A stretch of DNA of 63,714 nucleotides, the filler included, from Hyphochytrium catenoides (taxonomy: Eukaryota > Protista > Hyphochytriomycota), in assembly GCA_900088475.1 (NCBI GenBank). It is 12 parts of 12 records of this genome, joined end to end, with 100 filler letters (N's around TTAATTAATTAA, not from the genome) between each part and the next. Parts side by side here need not be neighbours in the genome. Positions count along the whole stretch, not along the records: positions 4,048 to 12,191 come from FLMG01003229.1; positions 12,292 to 25,787 come from FLMG01001695.1; 10 more parts are not named here. One strand, 5' to 3'. Shown here piece by piece: positions 11,881-24,900 of this stretch (the stretch's first letter is position 1; the number at the start of each line of letters is the position of its first letter). The translations under genes and the position numbers were made by a program. Under the pieces are notes generated by a model. It was not told the origin of the DNA, ran no database searches, and saw nothing but the letters and a program-made list of their open reading frames with translations.

Positions 11881-13925
11881 CTTGACATCTTGAGCAGATC
11901 CAGCACCAAACATCTTCAGAATCCGCCCAGCTTCACTCCTGGGGAAGCTCTGAAACTTCTTCCTCCTCTTTATAAGTTATCAAGAGTGATAATCGATTAT
12001 ATAATCAATCGTCAACCTAGTGAAAGGTTATTTGGTGGTAGAGAAAGGAAATTTTGGTGACTGGCTCTCCCTTGGATTCTGGCTCTCTCCTGTTCTCCCT
12101 CCCACTTGTGCTCTCCTTCTTCCCTCTCTCCTCTCTCTGTCTCGTATTGACGCTTTCCTTTTGTACATTGATGTTCTCTCTCTCTCTCTCTNNNNNNNNN
12201 NNNNNNNNNNNNNNNNNNNNNNNNNNNNNNNNNNNTTAATTAATTAANNNNNNNNNNNNNNNNNNNNNNNNNNNNNNNNNNNNNNNNNNNNCGGATATTG
12301 TCAAGTGATAATGATCTTATTTGCAATAAGAGGACATCATCAACATTAGAGATCGATCATCAGTGACCGCTAACGCTTTTGCAATGAAAGAATTATCCGA
12401 CAAACATGAACTTCAAGATAAGAAGATGACTATCAAGCGGATGATGATACAGACTCATCGGTGTGTTCCGTGGGTCCTGCCTGCTGTTGTTAACCATTAG
12501 AGAAAGGAGAAAGAAAGGAGAAGAAGGCACCATGGCCACACAGCAGCGGGATCTGAGAAGAGTCTCTATCCTCCTGGCTTCTTCAGGGTGACTGGCAATA
12601 ATATTTCTCTCTGCATGATGATGACTGTGGTCTGGATATCATCAGCTTCTTCCCCTCGTTTTGCTATGATTTACATATCTGAGAAGAAAGAAGTTCAATG
12701 ATGAATCTCATCTCTTTGATATCGGTCATGATAATGAAGAAGAGTTCTTTTCTGGTCACGCTCATAGAGGATGAAGACGTCGTTTCTCCTTCTTCTTCTT
12801 CTCCTCCCCTCTATCACCTTCCGTGTGATCTATAAAGATAATGCATCACTCACCTATCGCCCTCCGCAATCTGCTCCTCCTGCCTCCGACTAGGAGCTCG
12901 TGCATCAGAACACCAATAGCTCTTTATCTGCCTCATAGCGCCGCTATTATCGAGAGTAATAAAATAATGCAATCTTCTTCAAAAATTGCTCAGATCTGTC
13001 TCTATAGAGAATGAAGTCTTACCGGTCTGATGCAAGATGATTACATGTATCATTCTTAAATCCAGGCTGTTTTAGCGTGCTTATCCGTGATCCCTGGTTC
13101 TTGACCACAGATAAAGGTGTTCTGAAGAAAGGAAGACCTTGTTCTGAAGAATCTCCACTTTCCCCGTGGTTCAAGCTTTAGTCTGTCTTCCTCGAAGAAG
13201 GCCATGGGAGGCGCTAGGCCTGGAAGTAGGAGAATAGTTGAGAGCTTTGCTTGGGCTCGGAGTGGCAGCAAGAGCACGCTTGTTGACAATTCTCTCCGTG
13301 GACTGGCCATTGATGAGAAAGGAAGAAGTTGACCTTGGGCTCCCAGTACTGGCAGCATTAGCACGCTGCTGCTGCCTGCTGCTGCTGCTGCTTGACAATT
13401 GAAGTTAAGTTGGCGGCGGGTTCACCCGGAAGAGGCAAGGATGAGTTGCTGAATAATTAGCTTGATTGGGTTGTTGATCAAAATGTGTCGATTGCTGTTG
13501 AGCCGAAGACCCCAGTTGTAGCTTTGTTGCTTGCCATTCAAGGAAAAGATGTCACTCGCTACGCCAGGCCTGAGCAATGGACATGCCGCCTACGGTTCAA
13601 AGTCCGACGGCATCTGGTGAGCGGAAATCATCTGTGTACCTGGCTTCCCTCTCACAAAATAATTGTCCATCTGTATTCCTTTAGAGCATGGCCATCTTCT
13701 AGGCTACCTTTTGCTGGTGTTTGCTGCAGCCCCGCTCCTCCCTCCCTCCTCCTTGGGATTTTCCTTGTCTATTTAGTCGGTTCTACGAGCTCCATATCGA
13801 CGTCATTCGCAATTCACAGTCGGTCTCTGTCTTCTCTGTCATAATTTAGGTCCCAGCGCTATCGCAGCTCTCTAAATAGGCCCCCCGCCGATGCATTGCA
13901 CCTGCGACCGCCTCCTCAGGGAGAT

Positions 13926-15954
13926 ATGGCTTCCTCCTCGTTTGGCCAGAGCAGTATGGAAACGATACAGAACTATGGCGAGAAGAATCCCATATCTTCT
14001 CAGTCTATAGATGCTTTAATGGAGGCGTACGTCTCTCTGGCGTTTCTTTCTGGCACGGGATCGTTCACGTTCTACGCTTTGCTCGCCTCGGTCTCGTTCT
14101 TCGATCTGGCCCGGGAAGAAGATGACTCATCGTTTCTTGCCATTCCCATCCTCTCTGCCACTGCCGTGGTGACTATCGTTTGCTGCTTGGTTCTACACTT
14201 TGTAAGAAGCTATAGGTGCGTCGTACTTGATGACTTCCTTAATCCGCTGATATGGTGATTTGCCTTATGTCCACCGGCTCCCCTTATCCTTGGTCTATGC
14301 AGATCAGTCTCCATCCATTGTGCCTGATATATCGTTGTCCTGCTGCGCGACTCTTGATTTCCATTTACTGCCAGTATTGTCAGTAGCTCAAGTGCCCTGA
14401 ACTCAATGCAGTTATTATGTCTGTGTGTCGCACTCTTCTACTCATTTTTGGGGCTATTTCCTGATGTGAGCCAGTTTGCCTGTTACCTTCTCTACGGACT
14501 TTGTCACCTCTAGTTTGGCGCTGCTGAGGTGGGATCTTACCTTTTCCGCCTTCTGCTCTCTCCCTTGTCCTGCACCTTTGTCATGATCGTCCGTCCTCAA
14601 GCTCCTTTCTGGCTATCGGTTATTGCGTTTCTATCCTCTGCGGCTTAGTCTTTGTGATATATGGGCTGGCGAGCCCAGTGAAGGATGTGATCGACAGAGA
14701 GGTGACCTCGTCCCATTGGAGCCCGTTGATGCTGATAACCCTTCTCTTAGGGGGCATAGCCACGCCCCTGGTGGAACTTTATGTCTACGCGCTTGCTTTT
14801 AAAAGTCAGGACTTCTGGCATCTCTTCGTTGTCAGGCTCGGTAGCTCTGTATCAGGAGGTGAGCATAAGCGCTGACTAACTGTAGTTTGACTTTCGCACT
14901 GTGCCTTGTTTATGCCCTTGTCTACTTCCACGTCGGACCCTAAGCAGATGTTCTCTCACTCTTGCACCGGTTTCGCTCTTTTCTCTCTGTCTTTCTCTCT
15001 TTCAGTCTCGGTTTCAGTGGAAGCACTCCCGCTTCTCACCTATGGTCATATTGTTCCATCAATATCACGATCTACCCTTGACTTTTTGTTCAGATTGACT
15101 TTTTCCCCGTACCGGCCACCTTAAGTCTCTTATCTCTTTTCCTTATCGCCTTGTTCCCTGCAGCCCTCTGCATGGTAGTCCAGTCCGTCATCCGCTTCTC
15201 TTTCTTTGTGACTGGCTCTTCATCCATCTCCGAGAAGCTCAGTCGCAACTGGAAGAGTGGGCCCATCATATTTTTCGTCGTTGTGGCGGTGGTCTCAGCT
15301 GTGGGTCTCTTTGACTACTTTGCGACGATACGCACCTACTCTCTCAGGGAACATGTAGCGGAGATGCACGCTTATCTCTCCTCGTCCTCCCTCTCTGGTA
15401 CAAGAAAGAGGCTCAAGGATATCTTTCAAATACTCAAGGGAATGCTTACCTTGGTTGTGTGTCTCTTCACGAGCTTCTTCGTCACGTTCCTGATCTTCCC
15501 CGGCCTTTCCTGTCATGCAGAGAGCGCGGAGACCACTGTGCCTTTCTCTCTTCATCTTTCAGTCTTCTGTTCTCCCGCAGTTCTCCTATCCTTTTATATA
15601 GGAGACCTTGGAGGCACACTCTTTCTCTCTTCTGCAAGACTAAGGAGTGTGAGCATTCGGGCAGTGGTATCTCTCTCTGTATTGCGCGGTGTGGTCTTTA
15701 TTCCCCTCATTATGTTCCTAAGTAGCTCTGCGGCGAAAGATACCTCTGCCTGGGGGATGATTTTCGTCGTCTTCTTTCTCGGACTCTCACACGGATTCCT
15801 TGTATCGCTCCTGACCTGCAGAATGTCCAGGAAGCTTACCATGGTGGAAAATCCGCACTTTGCATCGTTTCTCTATCTCTTCTGGACCTATTTTGGAGCG
15901 CTGTTAGGCTCTATGATTGGCTACGGCCTGTATGCTCTAATGGTTGCAGCTTAG
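13926..15954 (+). CDS. Equilibrative nucleoside transporter (SLC29/ENT family), spliced
   Basis: Multi-TM protein with ENT motifs FFVTFLIFPG, FYIGDLGG, LRGVVFIPL, FFLGLSHGFLVS, FGALLGS. Internal exon boundaries are approximate. Confidence 0.85.
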
Positions 15955-17923
15955 AAGAGAGGAAATATCGTTTTGTCTCGCCTCACTTGCAGCCCTAAGA
16001 GCATGTCTCCCATAACACCTGGCATGGGCTGATGAGGTATGGTATCCAACGATCCTCTTTCACCTATGCGCTTTGGCAACTGCATTCGCTCTCTTCTCTC
16101 TCTTGCAGGCACTGTGACTGCCCGTCTCTTTGTATTCTTCCCTGTTATTCGTTCGTCCTAATTGTCCTGAATAATGTAGAGGCAGCCCACTATACATCGC
16201 CCTCGTCGTCCGCCTTTACGCATGTCACTATGTTATCTCTAGCGCGGGGCCAAACGCTCCATGCAAGAAAGACTTGGTAAAGCTCTGAGAGAACAAGAGG
16301 CTCAAGAATTTGTCAGCAGAGGAGGAAAGAAAGTACCATTTAGCACAAGAGAAAGTCTGACGTAGAGATAAGTAGAAGTGAGAGAGATGCTGCCATCAAG
16401 AGTACCTATGCCTAGTCCGTCTTGCTGAAAGGCCTACAGTCTAGCGGCTCACTAAGCCACACAGTCAGTGCCAAGACAATCGCTCACTCGAAAACCACGT
16501 TTATTGCCATTAATCTAACGAGTTGAGCTCCTTCTAATCTTATTCCTCGACGCCTCGCTGTCAATAAATATAAGCGGAAGGTTCATCCCCCCCATCAGCC
16601 ACATAGCCGCTGTTCGCATTTGGTCATACGTGTCTTATAGGCGACTACTCAGCTGTAAGAGCGAAGTGCTCTTCCATATCCCAAACCTTTCTGCGTGCCA
16701 CTAAAGGGACACACCGTAGCCTCCTGAAATGTTAGTTACTGCCTGCACATGGTGCTTGTGACTAGTCCTTCGCAAAGGGTACCGTCGGGCAATGACACTC
16801 TTTTAGAGGAACCGCCGCCGACTTCTTCACACTGTAGGTAAACTCCCAATAAACGCTAACAGATATAGAAGTTCTTTGAACAAGGGCTCTCGTAGTCTTT
16901 AACTCATGTTCGTCTGATCGTACTGGTTCAAGGGGCGGTGCCCACAGTGGTCATCATAGTCCCTCATGCTTACATCCCCATTGGCATTTCGGACCAGATA
17001 TCGATAAAATGAACTAGAGCTTCCAAGCTGGTCCGGCCTTCGCCTTTCCAGAACCTGAAGAAGGAGGAACAACTGAGGAGACATTGTCTGTCCATCAGTC
17101 ATAAGGATTTAGCGACAACTGGGAAGAAACGACTATAGGGTTCCTAAAGCATGGCAGGGCGTAGAAGAGGTTTACGAGGATTAAAAATAGAGACTTCCCC
17201 GGGAAGCTCCTCCCACTTCTGCAGATGCTCCACAACCAAGAAAGAAGCTTTCCCGCTGCACTGAAGAATGATAGTTTGATAGGCTAGCTCATTGCCCGGG
17301 CCGCCAAGGAGACTGGTCAAGCTCCGTCTCAGAAAAGCGGATGAGCTTTCTGTCTTCGGATCAACCTAAAGATAACTCGGTCTACTGACTCCTGGGGGAG
17401 CTCTAAGTATTCCCGCCAAGGAAAGCCTGTGAAGTTCAATATAATCAGAAAGGCAAGAAACGGCTGAGGTTGATGTGTGTGAGAGAAAAACATAGACAGA
17501 AGAGCAAGAGAGAGGGAGCAAGAGACAGAGAGAGAGAGCAANNNNNNNNNNNNNNNNNNNNNNNNNNNNNNNNNNNNNNNNNNNNNNNNNNNNNNNNNNN
17601 NNNNNNNNNNNNNNNNNNNGAGAGAGAGAGAGAGAGAAATTGGGATGGAAGGGGAACAACCTGTAGCGGGCAACTACAACCTGTAGTGAAGCAGCAGAAG
17701 GCGAGGTGTGTCTCTGCTACTCTCGCATCGTGTCTCGTCTCGGTTCTATGTATTGGCTTCTCCTGCTCTTGGCCTTCATCTCCCCACTTTATGAGCGGAG
17801 CACTGGGCAGCTCTGCTTTGACCTACGGTGCTTCTAGGAACTAGGAGCGGCGGCCAACACTGCCAACCAATCTTAAGGATGGTCGTTGAAAGCAGCACTT
17901 CTAGGTGACTGGGCCAGAGGTCG

Positions 17924-19521
17924 ATGGCGGGGCAACTGCCTGGAGGAGGAGTCCGCCGCAGTTTGAAACTCAAGAGGACGACCACCTCCGCTTCCTCGTC
18001 CTCCACTCTTTCCTCGAAAAACGGCCTTTTTGAGACCAAGAATAGCTCATTATCGTCTTCTTCTTCGACAACCCAGACGACTGCAACGTCCATCACTGCA
18101 ATCTGCGCATCGTCCACGGTCGATAAAGGTAAGTTCGTAACTCCGAAGGCTCGACCAACAATAGTTTCGACTTAACAGCCCAATGTCCATATTTAGAAAA
18201 TGTGGACAAAGCACAGCAATGTGTTTCTATTGAGAACAAGAAAGAAGGGAATGATGCCCATCGCTCGTTCTTTCAAGCTGTGAAGAAAGGACCAGAGCGA
18301 AAGGGTCCCCTCGGCAATCTAACTGACAGAGAAGAACAAGGATGCTCGCTTCCAAAACCTGCCCCCAAAAGTCCGAAGGACGGTGAGGTGACAAGGTAGC
18401 GGCATGAGTCACTTCTCCCTCTCCCCAACGCTGTCGCTCACTCTCCGAGCAAAAAACCTCACGCTTCGTCACGTCTCTTTCGCTCTTTTACTTCTCTTCA
18501 CCGGTGTACAAGCATCTGACGGGACATGCTCTCTTTGAGTTTTAGATGGCCTCAAGATGCGAAAGTGCAGAGTAGCGAGCCCTGGCAGCAGACTTCCGCT
18601 GGCAAGAAGAGGAAGAGAGAAACCAGTAGTGCCACCACAGGATTCACTGATATGGCTCCATCCTCTTCAGCTGGCGAGGCGGCCACCATAATTTGTCAAC
18701 ATCAGGCTGAGAAGCCCCGCATTAAGGGCCTTCAAGCAGAAGGTGCGAGAGATAACGAGGGAAAGCTGTTCTTTACCCTCTTCCCGGAGCCTCATGACGC
18801 CTTGATCTATCGCACTGATTCTTCCGAGGCGTATTGCCTGCTTCAACACGTTCTGAAATGGGGACGACAGGAAGAGAAGAAAGACGCGACGGACGGAGAC
18901 CACGAGAGAGAAGCTGGAGATTTTGGCTCTCTTTATGATAGCAATCTTCCTACTCTTCCCCTTCCTCCCGAAGGGCTTCTCAAGCTAAAGGAGGGCTTTA
19001 ACAATGGGTACAATGTGCAGCCTGCTGAGAGGAAGGAGGTGACAAAGAAGAGCTTCTGGGCTTGTATCTATGAATGTCCCTACTCCCTCGCAGCACCAAC
19101 GAACAGACAGACAATGGGCGGAGCTGAGACAATTGTAGCGCAGATCAGAAGAGAGCTCAACGAGCAGAAAGATGATAAGGAACAGAGCAGTGACATTTCT
19201 GCTCACCTTGACCATACACCGCTGAACATTGACAAATGGAAAGCGCATAACGGCATATCAAAAGAGGAACGGGCCGTAAGATCGCCTGCAGAAGAGGTGG
19301 CAACTCTAACACAGGAGCAGCACTCAAACCTTCCTTCCTGCATCAATCCCCAGAACAACCATAAAGCGGTAGAAGTATCCCTTGTTGGTGGCATCGACGA
19401 AGACCTCTCTTCGTCCGGTCCTTCTTCCTGTCCTATATGTCTCTCTTCTCTGTCCTCTCTCGGAGAAGTACAAGCTGCCGGACACGTCTCTACTTGTTTG
19501 GCGCTGATGGTCGATTCGTGA
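17924..19521 (+). CDS. Largely disordered, probably nuclear protein with a C-terminal UBZ-type (CCHC) zinc finger
   Basis: Three GT-AG-linked ORF segments, a KKRKR NLS-like motif, and C-terminal CPICLSSLSSLGEVQAAGHVSTCL (C-x2-C...H-x3-C). Confidence 0.6.
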
Positions 19522-19809
19522 TGAAGTTTCCCTACAGCTCAGCTCAAGTAGAGGTCTCTGCTCGGCGATTCTCTTGTTTACCAGGCGCTGCGTCGGTAAC
19601 GTAAGACCGCATTCGTGCTTCATCAACAACCTTTGACCGCTTTATCTGTGCTGTGTCCTGTCGTCTTGAGTTTACTCGCGCGGCTCCAAGTGGAACTCCC
19701 ATTTTTGCCAGTCTCTGCCCCTCTGGTCCGACAGCAGTTGCGACAAGAAGGTCGCAAGGCTGGAGATGCAGGCAGAAACAGGCAGAGAGCAGAGTAGAGA
19801 AGGGACAAC

Positions 19810-19869
19810 GAACTTGACAGATGAAGAAGAGCGACAGATAAGAAGAACTTGACAGATGAAGAAGAGCGA
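19810..19869. repeat. 25-bp direct repeat x2 (gaacttgacagatgaagaagagcga)
   Basis: Copies at 19810-19834 and 19845-19869. Confidence 0.85.
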
Positions 19870-21905
19870 GTTTGAAAGTAGGACTTGTAACACCGTCACA
19901 GTCTTTCTCTCGTTGCGTTACTTTAGCCCCAAAGATCTTAGTTTCCCCAATCTCTCCGCTTTAGTACTAAGACTTGGGTCTTTGCCTTCATTGCTCTGCC
20001 TTGGTCGCCCTGTATTTCTATTTTTATACGTCAGTCCTAGGATCGGCGTAGGTTCTTGGCTGCTGTTGAACACCTGAACCAAGTGCAAAGGCTCGATGGG
20101 CTGACTTATAGCGAACGCCGCCACCCGCACTATAAGTCTGTTCAAGATATCATAGGAAGAGGATGAGTAGAATCTTCTTCCGCGTCAAGTGCGCGAAGGA
20201 GGGGAAGCTACAAAATGGATTGCTTTCCAACTCATAACGTCATCAGCTTCGGTGACGGTCAGCCTTTGTCTTTTGCCACACTCCCGCCCCATCTTCATGG
20301 CATGCTAACGCCCTCCCCCCGCCTTATGTGCTCCATCAGCAGGCCCCCGCTGCCGTCACATCCGTCACGAAACACCATAGCTAGAAACGGAGTAAGATAG
20401 AGATATGGACTCTTATGCAGAACTAGTTTTATTGAGTAACTTCCCTCAGCGCCAACAGACAATCTCTACTCGCTACCGCCTCTCTTTCTCTATACAGAAG
20501 ACGCTGCCAGTCCAGTCATTCCCACATCTTCTTGCCCTTACTCTTTCACTCTTCTTCATCACTTACTTTCTTTCTCCCTCTTCTTGGTTCACCTCTTCTC
20601 TTCACTTTCTATGGCTGGCTGGCTCATTGTTGGCCCCGTCCTAGGAAGCCCTGTTCATTCTGTTTGAGCTGTGTGGCGTGGCGGCTCGCGCCGATTGCGG
20701 GCAGGCAACTGCACTTCTTGACAAATATATTAGGGCGAACTATGGAGCGGTCACTCTGTCTCTTGACTCAACGCTCTGTCTCGCACTATTCTCTTCACAG
20801 TCCCTATCTATCACTCCCCTGTCTCTCGTGGCATTATCTCGATGTGAGTACTTCTCTCTTTCCTAGGATTGATAAGGCTTACAATTAGGCCTAGCTCACT
20901 CTGACTCGATCCGATTACCTCTGTCTACTCCATTTGGTGACATAAAATCGAAAACAATGGGGTCATTTTGTGCTGAATTCAGAAATCCTCCTGGTCTATC
21001 CGAGAATTAGCCATCTGGTTCCAATGTACAGTGTTTATGGGGATCTTTAACACCCAAGTGCCCTGAATTTATTCCGTGTCGGGAGGTAGGTGGAAAAGTC
21101 TCATGTGAGAATCAAGAATGTTGGATGTATTGATTCATAATAAAGCTAAAGTTCCTACCTGATGCTACCTCAAGTCGAAAAAAAATCCAATCATCTGTCT
21201 GTCCTTACTCTGTCTCCCGGCCTTACCACTCTTTCTTTGTCCTCCGGCTCGCACTGTTTCAACCGCTGTATCTTTATCAAACCACGAAAAACCTCTATTC
21301 CTCCATCTCATCTCTCTCTGACCACTCTGTCTCGGTCACTCTGTCTCTGATCTCTCTCTAGCATAGCGGCCAACCCTCTGTTGTTCCTTCCTCGCTCTCG
21401 CTCAGCCGCTGGCCACATCATCCGTCACAAGCTTGGAGACTGGAGACAAGCAGTAGAAGCTTCTCAACAAAGAGCAGCATCGAGGCAGCTCAGCGCTTCT
21501 ATAAAGGTTCCATTGGCCGTCTTCCTAGCGACGATCTCGCTGTTCAACTCGCTGCTGGTAAAGGAGCTAGGCCGGAGAGAAGAGCGCTAAGGGAAGTAGT
21601 AGGACAAGAGGCGAGAGATTGACGATTGTTAGCTGCTTTCAAGGTCACGCGCAGATCCTGGGTTTGATTATTAGGAAGTAGAACTCTTAAGATGCTGCGC
21701 AGGGATGCGTTATGAAGGTGTTCCTGCAGATAGAAAGAGACAGTAGGCAGAAAGGTCTTCTTCCGGAGCTCTGCTAGCCAAAAGAATCCAGCGAAGGAAG
21801 ATTTTGAGGGACCGCCAGCGGACCTTGCACCTTTCTCCTTCAAAAATTTTGCCGGTCGAGGAGGACGGAGACCGAGACTCCGGAAGAAGGGACTTCAAAA
21901 GAAAG

Positions 21906-24900
21906 ATGACATCACCTACGGATCCCGCGAGCGAAAGCAACAAAAAGGAGAACACCAGCATCTTGGTGGTGGATGACTCAAAGACAGACCGCAAGATTAT
22001 TGGGCATATTTTGATGAAGGAAGGCTATAAAATATACCAGGTACCGACGAAACTGGTTTGTCCTCTCTCTTCCCAATGGGAGACTTTCATGTCTTCAACT
22101 TGTTGAGTGTCCCCAACAATCTTCGAAGAACTCGCGAGCTGGTCTCGCACATAGTACGGGCGCTGCTGCGAAAGGCGCTCCAATGAGTCTTTCAAGGAAG
22201 CTCAACCTTATTCCTCCTTGCTCCTTTGCCTGCCATCTACTTAGGGGCGAAGTCAATTTTTTACTATTTGATGCTTCTATCGCTCCCGTCGTATCTCCCT
22301 TCGCCAAGAACCTTGAGCCGTAATCGCTTTCTCGGTCATTCATCTTCCGTTGCGATCTTTCTGTTGCTCTCTCTCCCAGGCATGTGATGGCCCTTCGGCC
22401 CTGGAGCTTCTCAAGCACACCAAGTTTGACCTGTTGCTAGTAGACGTTAACATGCCTGGGATGAACGGCTACGAGCTCATTCAGGCGGCTTCTTCCTCTG
22501 TCCGGTTCTTTAAGAATACGCCTGTAATTATGCTGTCTTCTTACTCGGAAGAGGCATACGTCGTCCAGGGGATAGAGAAAGGTGTCAGTGATTACATTGT
22601 GAAGCCCTTTACGCGCTCGGGCTTGGTCGATAGAGTGCAGATTATTTTGGCTCGCCATAGGGCGGAGGATGAGGCAGAAAGAGAGAAGGACTCATCCTTC
22701 TCTAAGCTTTTGAGAGGCTCTCCATCATACACGGAAGCAGTGTGCAATGTCCTTCTTTTGATTGACAAGAGCCACCCCATGACTCGTTTTATCACCACTG
22801 TTCTTTCTGTCATGGAGTGCAATATCACGGTGGTGGACAGACATGCAGCACCAAAGAAGAATCAAAGGAAGATGGCGTTTGACATAGCGCTGCTGCAGGT
22901 GGATGATCCTTCCACCTCCGTGCTAGGTCAGTTTACTTATTTATCATTTGAGCTGATCCTCGCCATCCTCTTCTCCTACATTTACAATTGCTTTCATCGG
23001 GCCTCTCTCCACTCGCTTGACGCGTCTATGTACCTGTCGCTGACTGCTTTCCCTGGGCATATGCTTAAAACAAATTAGAGGGGGCAGAAAGGGGAGAAGA
23101 CCGCACCGCCGCCCGGACTCTAGCGTCGTATGGATTTTTCCATGACAAGAAGACAGTGGAGTTTTGTCTCTCGTCAACGGAGATGGACCGCTTCAGAGAG
23201 ACCCCAGCTGTTGAAAGGGATGCTGGGGGAGGACGGAAGAGTTTACTGGGGAATCTTGTGGGAGGAGCAATGCATCCAAACAGAGTCCTGAGAATCCCAT
23301 CAGAGATTGAGGAGCTCAGGAAGCTAGTGGTATGACTTCTCTGTCTCTGTCTCTCTCTCTCTGCTCTTTTTTCCTTCCCTATCATTGAAACCCTCTCCCT
23401 CACTGCTTTCAGCTTTTGTTATTTCGCTACCTGGCTTACTTCATACGTCTCTCTTCTGCTTGGGACTATGTGCATTAAGAGGCTTGAGCCCTTTACTATC
23501 TCATTAATAGCCCTGCCTGATGAAAAAAGGCCGTGTCCTTATTTCTCGTCTCTTTCTTTCCTTCTGTAAGCTCGTTAGTATAGCCCTCACGGCCCGTCTC
23601 GTTCCTTCTCTGTGCTCCATGTCTCCCAAAATCTGGGCGGTTCCTTTTGTCATGATTTCGTGACTGACTCTCTCTCTCTTGCTCTCATGTCAACGCTATC
23701 GCACAGGTGGAGGTGGCGAAAAACAAGCAGGGCAGAGCATGGTTACTCTCCCATCTCCGTCAAAGCAGTACAATGACCGGGATCGGTCGTATTAGCGTTG
23801 TCGACAGGAACGTAGATGGATTCCCTCTCGTTTTCGTAGATGGCGCCTTTTTGCGCTTCATGGGATGGACGGAGAGTGACATTCTGGGAAAACCTATGAG
23901 TGTTTTCGAAGGCAAAGACACGGACCCTCAGACCTCCCAACAGATATCCAGTGCGATTGAGAAAGGAACAGAGGTGAGATATAGGAGAGGGACGGGCGCC
24001 GTAGCGATCCTATAGCAGAAAGAGACATGCACATTCAGTCGGAGAGAGAAAGACACAGACTCTTGACACAGTTGTCAGACAGTCAATAGAATAGAGAGAG
24101 GCATCAAGCAGAGAAATAGCTTGAGCAAGTAGCATAGGACGGAGGAAGGTCATCGCCATGGCACTTTCATGGATCAGGCCCTAAATCTTCTTCTGCAGCT
24201 TTCCCGTCGTTGCTAAATTCTATCTTCTTTCTCTTAACATTATCTTCTTGTCCCTGTCCAGCTCTCCGTAGTGGTACTCTACTATAAGAAGGATGGCACC
24301 CCGTTCTGGAACTATCTCCATCTCAAGCCCATCAAGGACAACTCTCAAGGGCTTATCTTCAGAATGGCCGGAGTGCACCGCATCGTAGATGCTGACGGTG
24401 ATATTAGCGATGATTCCTCGACTGGAGGAGATGTACAGAGATATGAAGACGAAGGAAGAGAGGACGGAGGGACGCCTTCGGAAGTCTCGTCACTCGGATC
24501 GCCATCTCCCAGCGGAGGATCATCTCCGGTCGCTCTCAGTGATGCAGGGGATAGGGGAGACAGAGAGAGCCTTATAGAGCCGTCTCTCCTCGCGCAGAAG
24601 GAGAAGATGGTGGCCGAGCTTCAGTACCAGAATCACAGCCTCGCAAAGGAGCTAGAGATGCAGAAGGCACAGTGCCAGAGCTTGATGAACAACATCATCT
24701 CGATCAATCAAGAGAAGGCTCTTCTGCTGCAGAGAAACCAGCAGCTGCACGAGGAAGCCGCAAGGAGAGGTTATATCCCACAGTTCTACTTCCCTAATGC
24801 CAACAGCTTGCACGCTCCGACCACGCTCGCTCCAGGAGATGGGGAAGATAAGGCTAAGGGACTTCCTCTTGATATTAGGCGTTTGTTTTCTATCAGTAGC

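Noticed and set aside
12292-13450. Possible ankyrin-like pseudogene (ERDQKRTLLHY on the minus strand)
   Set aside because: A single weak motif amid many stops; not supportable.
16899-17450. Possible minus-strand exons of an unknown gene
   Set aside because: I could not build a consistent splice model or recognise a motif.
19810-19869. CRISPR-like repeat-spacer-repeat (also 51879-51940)
   Set aside because: Only two copies, 10-12 bp spacers, eukaryotic context and no cas genes.
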